Of a stretch of DNA of 53,819 nt, positions 39,582 through 51,172 are shown in pieces. The stretch comes from a bacterium (GTDB lineage: Bacteria > SZUA-79 > Acidulodesulfobacterales > Acidulodesulfobacteraceae): assembly GCA_027319095.1 (NCBI GenBank), contig DAHVNW010000008.1, forward strand, positions 1-53,819, read 5' to 3'. Position 1 is the stretch's first letter, and every line of letters starts with the position of its first letter. Under the pieces are notes generated by a model, which saw only the letters and a list, made by a program, of their open reading frames with translations, was not told the origin of the DNA and made no database searches. The position numbers were made by a program, and so were the translations under genes.

Positions 39582-40358
39582 ATGAACGACGGAGGAGCTA
39601 TTTTTTTTGCCGTTATAATAATCGTAGCTATTATCGTAATTTTAAACGCCGTCAGGATAATAAACGAGTACGACAGGGCGGTTATCTTCAGGCTTGGAAG
39701 GGCAATAGGGGTCAAAGGTCCAGGAATTATACTTTTATGGCCGGTTATAGATAGAATGATTAGAGTAACGCTCAGAATAATTACGCTCGATGTTCAGCCG
39801 CAAGACGTTATTACTAAAGATAACGTGACTTTAAAAATAAGCGCTGTGGTTTATTACAAGGTGGTAGATCCTTTAAACGCCATAATTCAGGTGTACGACT
39901 ATAATTATGCCGTGTCTCAGTTAGCCCAGACGACTTTAAGAAGCGTATGCGGCGAAGGGGAATTAGATAAATTATTATCGGAAAGAGAAAAGATTAACAG
40001 CGAAATTCAAGATATATTAGATAAACATACGGGTCCTTGGGGTATCAAAGTTACCGTTGTAGAGTTAAAACAGATAGATATGCCACAGGATATGCAAAGG
40101 GCGATGGCAAGGCAGGCCGAAGCGGAAAGGGATAGAAGGGCAAAAATAATAAACGCCGACGGCGAATATCAGGCGGCTCAGCGTTTAAGCGATGCCGCTA
40201 AGATTATAGCAGAAAATCCAATGGCTCTTCAGTTAAGATACCTGCAAACGCTCAATGAAATATCTTCGACGAACAACACTACAATGATAATGCCTGTGCC
40301 GCTCGATATTATAAGAGAAATAGGAAAAGCCATAACCGGTAACGTCTCAAAGGCATAA
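39582..40358 (+). CDS. SPFH/Band-7 (stomatin-like) protein
   Basis: RAVIFRLGR...[14 protein letters not shown]...TKDNV. Confidence 0.85.
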   Translation: MNDGGAIFFAVIIIVAIIVILNAVRIINEYDRAVIFRLGRAIGVKGPGIILLWPVIDRMIRVTLRIITLDVQPQDVITKDNVTLKISAVVYYKVVDPLNAIIQVYDYNYAVSQLAQTTLRSVCGEGELDKLLSEREKINSEIQDILDKHTGPWGIKVTVVELKQIDMPQDMQRAMARQAEAERDRRAKIINADGEYQAAQRLSDAAKIIAENPMALQLRYLQTLNEISSTNNTTMIMPVPLDIIREIGKAITGNVSKA

Positions 40359-40417
40359 GTTAGCAAAAATTAAATAATTATGAATAAATATATTTAATTA
40401 ATGCGAGGAGGCAAATA

Positions 40418-41317
40418 ATGAAATTAGGCATGATAGGTCTCGGCAAAATGGGAATGAATATGGTTTTCAGGCTTCTCGAAGGGGGACACGAGGTTATAGT
40501 TTTTAACAGGACATTGTCTAAAGAAGAAATTGCGGTAAATAAGGGCGCAATCGGTTCAAAATCCATAGAAGAATTTGCGTCAAAATTACCTTTTCCAAAA
40601 ATAGCATGGCTTATGGTCCCCAGCGGACAGCCCACAGACGATATGCTTAACGAAGTTTTGAAATATTTGCAAAAGGGAGATATAGTAATAGACGGAGGAA
40701 ATTCCTATTTCAAAGATTCCGTTAGAAGGGCAAAGTTATGTTCCGAGAAAGAAATTAAATTTATGGATTGCGGCACCAGCGGGGGCATCTGGGGATTAAA
40801 GAACGGTTATTGCTCCATGATAGGAGGAGACGACGAAACGTTTAAATACTGCGAACCTATTTTTAAAACTCTTGCGCCGGAAAACGGCTATTTACATATC
40901 GGGCATCATGGTTCCGGGCATTTTGTTAAAATGGTGCATAATGCTATAGAATATGGAATGATGGAAGCGTATGCAGAAGGGTTCGAGATAATGAAAACCG
41001 CTGATTTCGATATAAACCTCGAAAAGGTTTCCGGTCTTTGGAATCATGCCTCAGTAGTGCGTTCATGGCTTTTGGAGCTTGCGCATAATGCTCTTAAAGA
41101 AGACCCCGAACTTAGTAATCTCAAGCCTATCGTAGATGATTCCGGCGAAGGAAGATGGACGCTCAAAGAGGCGATAGATAAAGCCGTTCCTGCCCCCGTT
41201 CTTGCAGATTCCGTTTTTATGCGTTTCAGGTCGCGGCAGGAAAATTCGTTTGCCGCAAGAATGCTTGCCGCACTGCGTCATCAGTTTGGCGGACACCCTA
41301 TTTATAAATTAAATTAA
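40418..41317 (+). CDS. gnd: 6-phosphogluconate dehydrogenase, short decarboxylating form
   Basis: MKLGMIGLGKMGMNM Rossmann motif; ~300 aa. Confidence 0.8.
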   Translation: MKLGMIGLGKMGMNMVFRLLEGGHEVIVFNRTLSKEEIAVNKGAIGSKSIEEFASKLPFPKIAWLMVPSGQPTDDMLNEVLKYLQKGDIVIDGGNSYFKDSVRRAKLCSEKEIKFMDCGTSGGIWGLKNGYCSMIGGDDETFKYCEPIFKTLAPENGYLHIGHHGSGHFVKMVHNAIEYGMMEAYAEGFEIMKTADFDINLEKVSGLWNHASVVRSWLLELAHNALKEDPELSNLKPIVDDSGEGRWTLKEAIDKAVPAPVLADSVFMRFRSRQENSFAARMLAALRHQFGGHPIYKLN

Positions 41318-41384
41318 GTAAAATATAAATTTTATTTGGATATTTTGAGAAATTTTTTGTTAATAATATGGAGTAAAAACCCGA

Positions 41385-42011
41385 ATGTATATTGACGTAA
41401 GCATGGACATAGAAGACGGCATGCTACATTGGCCGAGCGATCCTGCAATCGAGATATACAATTATTCCCAAATAAGTAAAGGGGATGCTGCAAACAACAG
41501 CAAAATAACATGCGGCGTTCATACCGGAACCCATATAGACTCTCCGAAACATTTTATCGACGATGGATACGGCATAGATAAAATCGATTTAGATAAATTA
41601 ATAGGGTCCGCGAATGTTATTGAGGTTCCCGCCGAGCTTTCGGTTATATCCAAAGATTTTATCGAACAGCTTAAAATTAAAAAAGGCGACAGGATTCTTT
41701 TTAAGACGAAAAATTCTGAATTAATTAATGCCGGCGACAGGAATTTTCATACAGATTATGTTTATGTAAATTCCGAAGCGGCAAAATATATGGTCGAAAT
41801 GGGAGTTGTACTGGTGGGAGTAGATTATCTTTCGGTCGAAGGTTATCGCGTCGGACATGATGCGCATAAAACTTTGCTTGGAGCGGGGATAGTTATAATA
41901 GAAGGACTAAACCTTTTTAATGTGCCTGCCGGGGAATACAAACTCTTTGCCCTTCCCGTTAAAATTAAAGATTCGAACGGCGCTCCCGCCAGAGTTATAC
42001 TGGAAAAATAA
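41385..42011 (+). CDS. Cyclase-family protein (kynurenine formamidase-like)
   Basis: HTGTHIDSPKHF motif. Confidence 0.7.
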   Translation: MYIDVSMDIEDGMLHWPSDPAIEIYNYSQISKGDAANNSKITCGVHTGTHIDSPKHFIDDGYGIDKIDLDKLIGSANVIEVPAELSVISKDFIEQLKIKKGDRILFKTKNSELINAGDRNFHTDYVYVNSEAAKYMVEMGVVLVGVDYLSVEGYRVGHDAHKTLLGAGIVIIEGLNLFNVPAGEYKLFALPVKIKDSNGAPARVILEK

Positions 42012-42127
42012 ATAAAAATATAGGAAGACATGAGTTTATAAAGTTAAAAACTTTATATCTGCCGTAGTGTTTAATCTTAAAAGTCGCGAAGCGATTAGAA
42101 AAATATTTTTAAATGCGAGGTGGCAAA

Positions 42128-43627
42128 ATGGCTGAATTAAAGCCATCTGTAATAGTAATTTTTGGAGCAAGCGGAGATTTAGCGCATATAAAAATTTTTC
42201 CGGCTCTTTATAGTTTGTGGGAAGAAGATTTTTTACCCGATAATTTTTTTATCGTAGGATTTTCGAGGACAAAGTTCGACGACGGCGCTTTTAGAAAAAC
42301 TATTTTTGATTCCCTCAATGTGAATTGCAGGAAAAGTCCGATAGGCGAAGATGAATTTTCAAATTTTTCGAAGCATGTATTTTATTTAACTTCAAAATAC
42401 GACGATGATTATAGCTATAAAGAATTGGGACGTTTTATAGAATCGAAAGCAAAAGAATATAATATGTCCAAAAATGTGGCCTATTATCTTTCTACGCCGC
42501 CGAGCATTTATATAAGCGTAATAGACGGCATTAACAATGCAAAGCTTGTTTCAAATGAGTATAAAGGAGACGGTTTTTCGAGGATAGTAATCGAAAAACC
42601 TTTCGGATACGATTATGAAAGCGCTAGAGAATTAAACGGTAAAATCCTTTCGGTATTCAAGGAGGAAGAAGTTTACAGGATAGACCATTACCTCGGAAAA
42701 GAAACCGTGCAGAATATACTTGCTTTCAGGTTTGCCAACGCAATATTCGAGCCTATTTGGAACAATAAATATATAGACCACATTCAAATATCGGCTTTAG
42801 AATCAATAGGCGTAGGTTTTAGGGCAGGCTATTTCGATAAAGCCGGCGTTATCAGGGATATGATGCAAAACCATATGATGCAGCTCTTGTCGCTTGTAGC
42901 AATAGAGCCTCCGCCTGTTCCGGATGCCGACGATTTAAGAAACGAAAAAGTAAAACTTTTAAAAAGCGTTAGGTCTTTAAGCCTCAACGACATAAAAAAC
43001 TATACGGTTAGAGGTCAATACGACAGGGGCGTAGTTGGAAATAAGGATGTTTTAAGCTATAAAGAAGAAGAAGGCGTTCCTCCCGACACAATTACGGAAA
43101 CATATGTCGCCATAAAGCTTTTTATCGACAATTATAGATGGGCAGGAGTGCCTTTTTACCTGAGGTCGGGAAAAAGACTAAAAACGCATAAAACCGAAAT
43201 AGCCATTTATTTTAAAAAATTACCTTATAGTTTGTTTGCTAAAGTCGGAATAGAAAATATAAGACAAAATTCTATAATTATAACCATTCAGCCCAATGAA
43301 GGCATAGCAATAAATTTCGGCGCAAAGGCGCCGGGTTTTAAATTTGACATAGAACCCGTCAATATGGTATTTAAATATAAATCTTCCTTTAAACTTTCGC
43401 CTCCTGATGCTTACGAAAGGCTGATATACGATGTAATTACAGGAGACCAGACGCTTTTTGCAAGGTATGACGATATGCTTATAGCATGGCAGCTTATAAC
43501 GTCCATAATTAACGGATGGGCTAAAACGGAGCGGCCGTCTTTTCCAAATTACGAAGCCGGCTCGTATGGCCCGAAAGAAGCCGATGGTCTCATCTCTGCA
43601 GACGGCAGAGCCTGGAATAATGAATAA
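42128..43627 (+). CDS. zwf: Glucose-6-phosphate dehydrogenase
   Basis: IFGASGDLA, DHYLGKE, RIDHYLGKE motifs. The start at 42128 has a GAGGTGG Shine-Dalgarno (the track ORF begins at 42113). Confidence 0.9.
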   Translation: MAELKPSVIVIFGASGDLAHIKIFPALYSLWEEDFLPDNFFIVGFSRTKFDDGAFRKTIFDSLNVNCRKSPIGEDEFSNFSKHVFYLTSKYDDDYSYKELGRFIESKAKEYNMSKNVAYYLSTPPSIYISVIDGINNAKLVSNEYKGDGFSRIVIEKPFGYDYESARELNGKILSVFKEEEVYRIDHYLGKETVQNILAFRFANAIFEPIWNNKYIDHIQISALESIGVGFRAGYFDKAGVIRDMMQNHMMQLLSLVAIEPPPVPDADDLRNEKVKLLKSVRSLSLNDIKNYTVRGQYDRGVVGNKDVLSYKEEEGVPPDTITETYVAIKLFIDNYRWAGVPFYLRSGKRLKTHKTEIAIYFKKLPYSLFAKVGIENIRQNSIIITIQPNEGIAINFGAKAPGFKFDIEPVNMVFKYKSSFKLSPPDAYERLIYDVITGDQTLFARYDDMLIAWQLITSIINGWAKTERPSFPNYEAGSYGPKEADGLISADGRAWNNE

Positions 43628-43668
43628 AGGTAATTTTTTATATATAATGTGATATAATATATTCCATT

Positions 43669-43980
43669 ATGAGTTATATATTATCCATCAGTATGTTTCC
43701 GGTAGATAAAGGGGAATCCTTAAGCCGGTATGTATCAAAGGTATCCAAAATAATCGACGAATCCGGCTTGGAATACGTGATTGCTCCGATGGCTACTATG
43801 ATAGAGAGCGAAAATATCGAGGATCTTTTTAATATCGTAAGAATGGGTTTTGAATCGCTTAAGGAATACTCAAACCGCGTTTATGCAAATATGGCTATCG
43901 ATTACAGGAAATCCGGACTTGGAAGGCTTAACCAAAAAGTAAAGTCCTTAAAATCCAAAATTAATAAAAAGTCCGAATAG
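43669..43980 (+). CDS. MTH1187/YkoF-family small protein
   Basis: ~100-aa YkoF-like pattern. Confidence 0.65.
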   Translation: MSYILSISMFPVDKGESLSRYVSKVSKIIDESGLEYVIAPMATMIESENIEDLFNIVRMGFESLKEYSNRVYANMAIDYRKSGLGRLNQKVKSLKSKINKKSE

Positions 43981-44016
43981 TGCCATATTAATTGTATAAG
44001 TACAGCCTTTTTCTTT

Positions 44017-45960
44017 TTATATGGTTAAATTTCCCTTTACCAATTCGTACAGGTCTTCCGGAGACAATCCTGTAAGCCTGTAGAGGTCTTCCGGCTTGCC
44101 CGACGAACTGTAAAACCTTACGCCCATTTTTCTAAATTTTACGGATATGCCGTTCTCTGCCAGTATAGAACCTATTGCCGTTCCTATGCCTGTTTTTACG
44201 TTGTGGTCTTCTATCGTAACGATAAAGCCGGTTTGAGCGGCGAGTTTAATGTCGTCGATGTTTATGTCGCTGGGGCAGGAAACGTTTAACAGCATAGGAT
44301 TTATTCCGTCTTTTTTAAGCGCTTCGCATCCTTTTAAGGCATGTTCTAGCATATTTCCGGCAGATATGACCGTAACGTCTTTTCCTTCCCTTATCACGTC
44401 CATTTTCCCGTATTGAAATTCATAATTTTCTCCAAAAAAAGGTTCGCCGTTTTCTTTGAGAATTACCGGAACAACGGATCTTCCCATTATAAGCCCGAAA
44501 TTTCCGGAGTGGCAGGCTATATAACGTGTAGTCCTGTCGGTTTGGTTTGGGTCGGCAGGCAGTATGACTTTAAAGCCGAATGTAGAATTTAAAAGGCCGA
44601 AATAATCTATGCATTGGTGGGTTTTTCCGTCTTCTCCCACGTCTATGCCGCAGTGCGTGCATATTACTTTAAGGTTTGCATGATTTATATCGTTGAGTCT
44701 TTGCTGATTATAAGTTTCGTCAATGCCGAAAACGCCAAAATCGGCAAAAAAAGTAAGAATATTATCGGTCGAAAGCGCGCCTGATATAACAGCCGTGTTA
44801 TGTTCTTCGATCCCAGATTCGAAAAAATTATCAGGGAAGGCTTTTCTGAAGGCGCCGGTTTTAACGGAGCCCTCTAAATCGCAATCGAATACAGCAATTG
44901 GAATATTGCGGGAACCGCCGGTTTTTTCTTTATAAGCAGTTGCAATATCCGCTAATGCATTTCCGAAAGCAGAGCGGTTATCGGTATTTTTCTCGCGTGT
45001 ATAAATTATTTTTTTGTTATTTTGGTCGATATTGATAAAGTTAACCGGCTTTTTTGGCAATGGCTTTATGTTCAATCCGCTTTTCTTTTTATCGATAAGT
45101 TCATCCAGATTGTTTTCCTCGCCTATTTCCGCTAAAGCTTTTCGGCAATCTTCCAAATTTAAAGCTGAGCCGTGATATTTTGCCTGATTTTCCATAAAAG
45201 AAACCCCTTTTCCCATAACGGTATTTGCTATTATGGCTACCGGCGATTTTATTAAGCGAGCTTTTTTGATTGCTTGGTAAATTTCGTTAAAGTCATGCCC
45301 GTTAATTTCTATGACGGCAAACCCGTCCGCTTTAAAATTATCCGAAATATTGTTCGGCATTACCTCGCTCGTTTTGCCGCCGATTTGAAGCCCGTTTTTG
45401 TCAACAATTACGGTTACGTTGTCGAGTTTATATTTGACGGCAAACCTTCTTGCTTCGCCTATTTGTCCCTTTGTCTGCTCACCGTCTCCCATAACGCAGT
45501 ATATTTGATTATTATATCCGTTCAATCTCGAACTTATTGCGAAACCGCAGGCCGCCGAAAGCCCTTGCCCTAAATTTCCCGTATCCCATTCAACCCCCGG
45601 GACTACTTTTTCGATATGTCCTTCGAAAGGGTATCCGGCGGTTCTAAAAGAAATTATAGCATCGTTAATATCGAAAAATCCGTAATTGCCCAAAGCGGAA
45701 TAGACTCCGGGGGATGTATGGCCGTGGCTTATTACAATCCTATCTCTTTCAGGCTTAAAGGGATTTTTGGGGTCTATATTGCAAAAACCGTACAAAACTG
45801 CGTAAATATCTATAGAAGACATCGAACCGCCGGGATGTCCGGATGCCGCTAAAGTCGTCATTTTTAAAATATCGCCGCGGCATTTTTTAGTAAAATCTTT
45901 TAAAAAATTTATTTCGTTATCCGTAAGTTTATCAAGGTTAAAATTTCTTTTTAATTCCAT
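44017..45960 (-). CDS. tkt: Transketolase
   Basis: 647 aa; TPP-binding GHPGG...GDGE motifs. Confidence 0.9.
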   Translation of the reverse strand: MELKRNFNLDKLTDNEINFLKDFTKKCRGDILKMTTLAASGHPGGSMSSIDIYAVLYGFCNIDPKNPFKPERDRIVISHGHTSPGVYSALGNYGFFDINDAIISFRTAGYPFEGHIEKVVPGVEWDTGNLGQGLSAACGFAISSRLNGYNNQIYCVMGDGEQTKGQIGEARRFAVKYKLDNVTVIVDKNGLQIGGKTSEVMPNNISDNFKADGFAVIEINGHDFNEIYQAIKKARLIKSPVAIIANTVMGKGVSFMENQAKYHGSALNLEDCRKALAEIGEENNLDELIDKKKSGLNIKPLPKKPVNFINIDQNNKKIIYTREKNTDNRSAFGNALADIATAYKEKTGGSRNIPIAVFDCDLEGSVKTGAFRKAFPDNFFESGIEEHNTAVISGALSTDNILTFFADFGVFGIDETYNQQRLNDINHANLKVICTHCGIDVGEDGKTHQCIDYFGLLNSTFGFKVILPADPNQTDRTTRYIACHSGNFGLIMGRSVVPVILKENGEPFFGENYEFQYGKMDVIREGKDVTVISAGNMLEHALKGCEALKKDGINPMLLNVSCPSDINIDDIKLAAQTGFIVTIEDHNVKTGIGTAIGSILAENGISVKFRKMGVRFYSSSGKPEDLYRLTGLSPEDLYELVKGNLTI

Positions 45961-46057
45961 TTAATTACCCCTTTTTTTTATTTGTTAAGTACCATAACTA
46001 AATTCTGATACAGCCTATTAATTTTTTCTTAAAAAATATATTAAATTATTGCAGGAA

Positions 46058-47209
46058 TTAAATTCCGCCTGTATTTTTAATTGTTTTCAATAGCTTTTCG
46101 TAAGCGTCTTCAAAAGATTTTACGCCGTCCAGCTGTAGTTTTTCTCCCGCCAAATTTAAATCTATTCCAAATTCGTCAAGCCCTGATATTATTTGTTTTG
46201 ATTCGTCGAATTCGCAGGCGGCAGTGTCGGCAATAATGTTTCCATGGTGGGCTATATGTTCTATAGTTTCATCAGGCAAAGTATTAATAGTATTTTTGCC
46301 GATGAAAGGCTCGACGTATTTTAAATCGTAATACGCAGGATTTTTTGTGCTTGTGCTTGCAAATAAAAGACGTTGAATATTAGCCCCTTTTTCTTTAAGG
46401 CCGTTAAAATTTTTCCAGTTAAAAATTTCATTAAATTTATTAAAAATAATTTTTGAATTGGCTACGCCCGTTTTGCCGAGCAGATTGATAAGTTTTTCTT
46501 TTTTAGCGGATCCGTTCGTTCCGTTAATTAATCCATTAATTATTTTGTCGACCATAGTATCTACGCGGCTGATAAAAATGCTGGCTACAGAATGTATTTG
46601 AGAAATATTAAGCCCGTTTTGCGATGCTTTTTTTATTCCTTCTATATATGCATTTGCTGCTTCAATATAATGATTTATAGAAAACATTAAAGTAACGTTA
46701 ACGTTTATTCCCTTAGATATTAACTCCGAGACGACGCCAAGCCCTTCTTTAGTTGCCGGTATTTTAATAAGAACATTTTTTTCGCCTATAAGCTTGAATA
46801 TCCTAATTGCTTCATTGACGGAAGATTTTGCATCCGTTGCAATATCCGGCGGAACCTCAATACTTACAAAGCCGTCGTTGCCGTTTGTTTTTTCATATAT
46901 GGGTTTTAATATTAGAGCGGCAGATTTAATATCTTCCCTTGTTATTGTGTCGTATATCTCTAATGAGGTAAGTTTTTTTGACGACATCGCTTTAACAGCT
47001 TCTGGATATCCGCATTGTCCGGAATTAATCGATTTTTCGAATATTGAAGGATTTGATGTTATGCCGGTTATAATTCCGTTTTTGACTAATTTTTCGAGGT
47101 CTCCGGAATCTATCATGCATCTTGAAATATTATCGAGCCAAGGGCTTTGCCCGTACGATTGCATTTTTTTGAATATTTCGCTTTTTGAAACGACAAAATC
47201 GACATTCAT
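46058..47209 (-). CDS. tal: Transaldolase (long form)
   Basis: Family call from length and overall similarity; no specific motif was matched in the translation. Confidence 0.8.
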   Translation of the reverse strand: MNVDFVVSKSEIFKKMQSYGQSPWLDNISRCMIDSGDLEKLVKNGIITGITSNPSIFEKSINSGQCGYPEAVKAMSSKKLTSLEIYDTITREDIKSAALILKPIYEKTNGNDGFVSIEVPPDIATDAKSSVNEAIRIFKLIGEKNVLIKIPATKEGLGVVSELISKGINVNVTLMFSINHYIEAANAYIEGIKKASQNGLNISQIHSVASIFISRVDTMVDKIINGLINGTNGSAKKEKLINLLGKTGVANSKIIFNKFNEIFNWKNFNGLKEKGANIQRLLFASTSTKNPAYYDLKYVEPFIGKNTINTLPDETIEHIAHHGNIIADTAACEFDESKQIISGLDEFGIDLNLAGEKLQLDGVKSFEDAYEKLLKTIKNTGGI

Positions 47210-47355
47210 TATTTTGCCTCCTGCTATTTTAAAAATTAAATAATAAATTAAATAATTAAATAAGGCAATTTAAATTCTAGGTTGTTCTCTTTAATTTTGG
47301 ACAGAACTACCGGTCTTAAGATTTATAGAAACGTATGAATTTATTTTAGGCTATT

Positions 47356-47727
47356 CTATTTATTTTTAAAAAAAAGCCAGTTATTTTTTCCGGCTTTGGC
47401 AAATTTTAACATCGTGTATTCCCCTTTTAATTTATTTCCTGCAAAATAAAGCAAATATTTTGATTCGTCTTTTTTTATTATATCGTATGTTCCTTGATCC
47501 CAAATTATAACTTTCCCGGCTCCGTATTGTCCTTCCGGAATAGTCCCTTCAAATCGGGCATAAGAGAGCGGATGGTCTTCGACCCTTATTGCAAGATTCT
47601 TGTTGCCGTGTTCTAACGGCGGTTCTTTAGGTAAGGCAAAAGAAGTCATGACCCCGTTTTCTTCTATTCTTAAATCCCAGTGAAGATGGCTTGCGTGATG
47701 TTCGTGAACCACGAATATTTTATTCAC
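47356..47727 (-). CDS. LigD-N-terminal (3'-phosphoesterase-like) domain protein
   Basis: FVVHEHHASHLHWDLRIE...ALPKEPP. Confidence 0.6.
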   Translation of the reverse strand: MNKIFVVHEHHASHLHWDLRIEENGVMTSFALPKEPPLEHGNKNLAIRVEDHPLSYARFEGTIPEGQYGAGKVIIWDQGTYDIIKKDESKYLLYFAGNKLKGEYTMLKFAKAGKNNWLFFKNK

Positions 47728-47887
47728 TAAAAAATTATATCATAAAAATTATATTATAAAAATAAATGGAGAAATAGAATGAAGGAAATGAAATAGACAT
47801 AAAAAATTTTTCATGGTATTATTTGATATTATTAAAATTAATTTTTTTTAATTAAAGATAAATAAAATAATAAAATATATAAAAATA

Positions 47888-48319
47888 ATGGCGGCAAAAA
47901 ATTCAAATATCTGGAATGCTTTGTTGAGGATATATATAGGGTTGTTTTTTCTTCATGCGGCGTATTTTAAACTTAACCAGGCTTTCTTTACAAATTTACA
48001 TAACAAGCTTTTATATTTCTCAAACCATGACCCATTATGGTTTTACAATATATTTTTAAGCAAAATTGCTATTCCGAACGCTTTTTTATTTGCAATTTTT
48101 ATAGTAATGGGAGAGCTGTTTGCCGGCATTTTTTTAACTGCCGGTTTTATTACGAGGATAGCAGCCCTCGTTGCAATATTTTTAAATTTAAACTATCTGT
48201 TTGCAATGTATTGGATAAGTCCATCCGAATTAGGCATTAATCTCACGTTTATCGTATGCGAATTAGTTATAATATTCACAGATTCAGGAAAAACGTTGGG
48301 ATTAGATTCGTTATTCTAA
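47888..48319 (+). CDS. DoxX-family membrane protein
   Basis: 4-TM protein with RIYIGLFFL...GELFAGIFL pattern. Confidence 0.5.
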   Translation: MAAKNSNIWNALLRIYIGLFFLHAAYFKLNQAFFTNLHNKLLYFSNHDPLWFYNIFLSKIAIPNAFLFAIFIVMGELFAGIFLTAGFITRIAALVAIFLNLNYLFAMYWISPSELGINLTFIVCELVIIFTDSGKTLGLDSLF

Positions 48320-48425
48320 ATAAATTAAATTAAAAATTAAATAGTTTTAAATTAATTTAAAATTTGATAAAATCGTATAATGAAATTAAATTTAAGCAAG
48401 ATATTTTGTAACGATTTTTCATAAC

Positions 48426-48502
48426 GGTGGATGTAGCTCAGCTGGTAGAGCCCCGGATTGTGACTCCGGTGGTCGCAGGTTCAAAACCTGTCATCCACCC
48501 CA
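48426..48502 (+). tRNA. tRNA-His (GUG) with G-1
   Basis: Manual cloverleaf: extra 5' G pairing with C73; anticodon loop TTGTGAC; CCA encoded. Confidence 0.85.
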
Positions 48503-48677
48503 CTTAAAATCGCATATAATAAAAGCCTTTACCGGTTTTCAAGCTTTTTCGTATTTAATCAAATATTATCGTTTTTTACCCCTTTTTGCCTTTTTTACGG
48601 CGGAATTTTCAATATAACAGAAAGATTAAAATCCGGTTTCTTTTATAATTTAATGATATAATAAAAAAAGCGCGTAA

Positions 48678-48872
48678 ATGAAAATAAGGGATGTTATAAA
48701 ATTAATAGAATTGGACGGTTGGCGTGAGGTAGCGGTTAAAGGCAGCCATAGGCAGTTTAAACATTTGTAGAAGCCCGGCAGGGTAACGATAGCCGGACAC
48801 CCCAACGACGATTTGGCTCCCGGAACGCTAAACAGTATATTAAAACAGGCGAAAATAAAAGAGGTAAAATAA
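48678..48872 (+). pseudogene. hicA: hicA toxin gene interrupted by an in-frame TAG (48768..48770)
   Basis: Translation MKIRDVIKLIELDGWREVAVKGSHRQFKHL*KPGRVTIAGHPNDDLAPGTLNSILKQAKIKEVK matches HicA on both sides of the stop. Confidence 0.7.
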
Positions 48873-48873
48873 A

Positions 48874-49083
48874 ATGCACCGTTTTTTAGTCGTAATAGAA
48901 AAAGCCGACGGAAATTATTCGGCATATTCCCCAGACCTTCCGGGGTGCGTGGCAACCGGCGCTACCAGAGAAGAAGCTGAGAAGAATATGCATGATGCCA
49001 TAAATATGCACGTTCAGGGATTAAGGGAAGATAATATGCCTATACCCGAAACTTATTCTTTTGCTGAATATATGGCCGTCTGA
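48874..49083 (+). CDS. hicB: HicB-family antitoxin
   Basis: MHRFLVVIEKADGNYSAYSPDLPGCVATGATREEAEKNMHDAI... Confidence 0.75.
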   Translation: MHRFLVVIEKADGNYSAYSPDLPGCVATGATREEAEKNMHDAINMHVQGLREDNMPIPETYSFAEYMAV

Positions 49084-49219
49084 AATTGCATATAACCGCA
49101 CTTAGCCAAAAAAGACAAGTAGAAAAACCAATTTATATTATGGCAAGATTTTCACATAGGCATTTTTTTAGTTAGCTTATTTATTTAATAAAACAAACTA
49201 CTTACATAATGAGGGCTTT

Positions 49220-49263
49220 GGATTGTGACTCCGGTGGTCGCAGGTTCAAAACCTGTCATCCAC
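49220..49263 (+). repeat. 44-bp perfect direct repeat of the tRNA-His 3' half (= 48455..48498); att-like boundary of a mini-islet
   Basis: GGATTGTGACTCCGGTGGTCGCAGGTTCAAAACCTGTCATCCAC present twice. Confidence 0.8.
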
Positions 49264-49440
49264 TCCAAATTTTTAACCTTATTGGACTATTAGGCAAAAA
49301 ACAGAGAGTATCGTTATACCGCATTATCTATTTTCGGAGATATAATTTTATTATAACGGTCAGGGCATATTCTATAAATATATAAAAATATAAAATTAAC
49401 GACAAATTAATTTATAATCAATAAAAAATTACAGGGGTAA

Positions 49441-50433
<993 letters not shown>

Positions 50434-50535
50434 TAAAATAAATTACTTATACAATCGTCAAAGTATTTCGTAAAAAATATTATCGTCATGCAGATTTTTT
50501 TGAGAGGCGCATATTTTTTAGCGCCGGTGTAAGTC

Positions 50536-50832
50536 TTAGTTTTTTGATTCAGATTTTGCCACAATTACAGCTTTGTCTTCTATCTCATTCTTTTTTTGAG
50601 CCTCTCTCATTTTTCTGCGTTCTTCAAGAATAGCGTTATTTCTTTGTTTAATTTCCCATTCTTCCATTACGGCTTTAGGGTCTAACACCAATATGCGCTT
50701 AAATAGTTCTTCCATCTCCTGCCTTTCTCTTTGAACGGCGTATATTTTATCTACGAACTCCTGATAGCTAAGCCTTTTTTTTGCATCTTTTAATTTAGTT
50801 CTTCTCTTTTTGCGCAGTTTTCTACCGTCCAT
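50536..50832 (-). CDS. Hypothetical highly charged (K/R/E-rich) coiled-coil protein
   Basis: 98-aa ORF downstream of minus-strand Pho-box copy 7. Confidence 0.4.
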   Translation of the reverse strand: MDGRKLRKKRRTKLKDAKKRLSYQEFVDKIYAVQRERQEMEELFKRILVLDPKAVMEEWEIKQRNNAILEERRKMREAQKKNEIEDKAVIVAKSESKN

Positions 50833-50946
50833 AATAAAACCTCCATGTTTAATTAAATTTTAGTAAGTTGCGATTCAGATAAATTAACGTTTAAATTTAT
50901 ATTTAACCAGGAGTTTTTATTTATATCATAAATTGTGTTAAAACAT

Positions 50947-51007
50947 TATGAAGTTTTTATTACAATAACGTTAAATTTTTGTTACGTTTATGTTAAAAAT
51001 TTTTAGA
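50947..51007 (-). promoter_or_regulatory. Pho-box-like array copy 7 on the minus strand (TTAACAtaaac GTAACAaaaat TTAACGttatt GTAATAaaaac TTCATAATg)
   Basis: The reverse complement shows the same 11-bp unit register. Confidence 0.55.
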
Positions 51008-51172
51008 TTTTGCAGAAAATAAAGAATTTAGAAGGTTTTAAATTGTTAATTTCAGGTTTTTTTATAATCTTTTTTAATTTATCACGGCCTTAATGTAATT
51101 AAAGTTAAATGACTTAAATGTCGGGAACTGAATACCGATAAAAGAATACGGAAAAATTAAATTAAGTTAAAT

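Noticed and set aside
48650-48955. 101-aa minus-strand ORF
   Set aside because: Antisense to the hicA/hicB region, which has clear homology on the plus strand.
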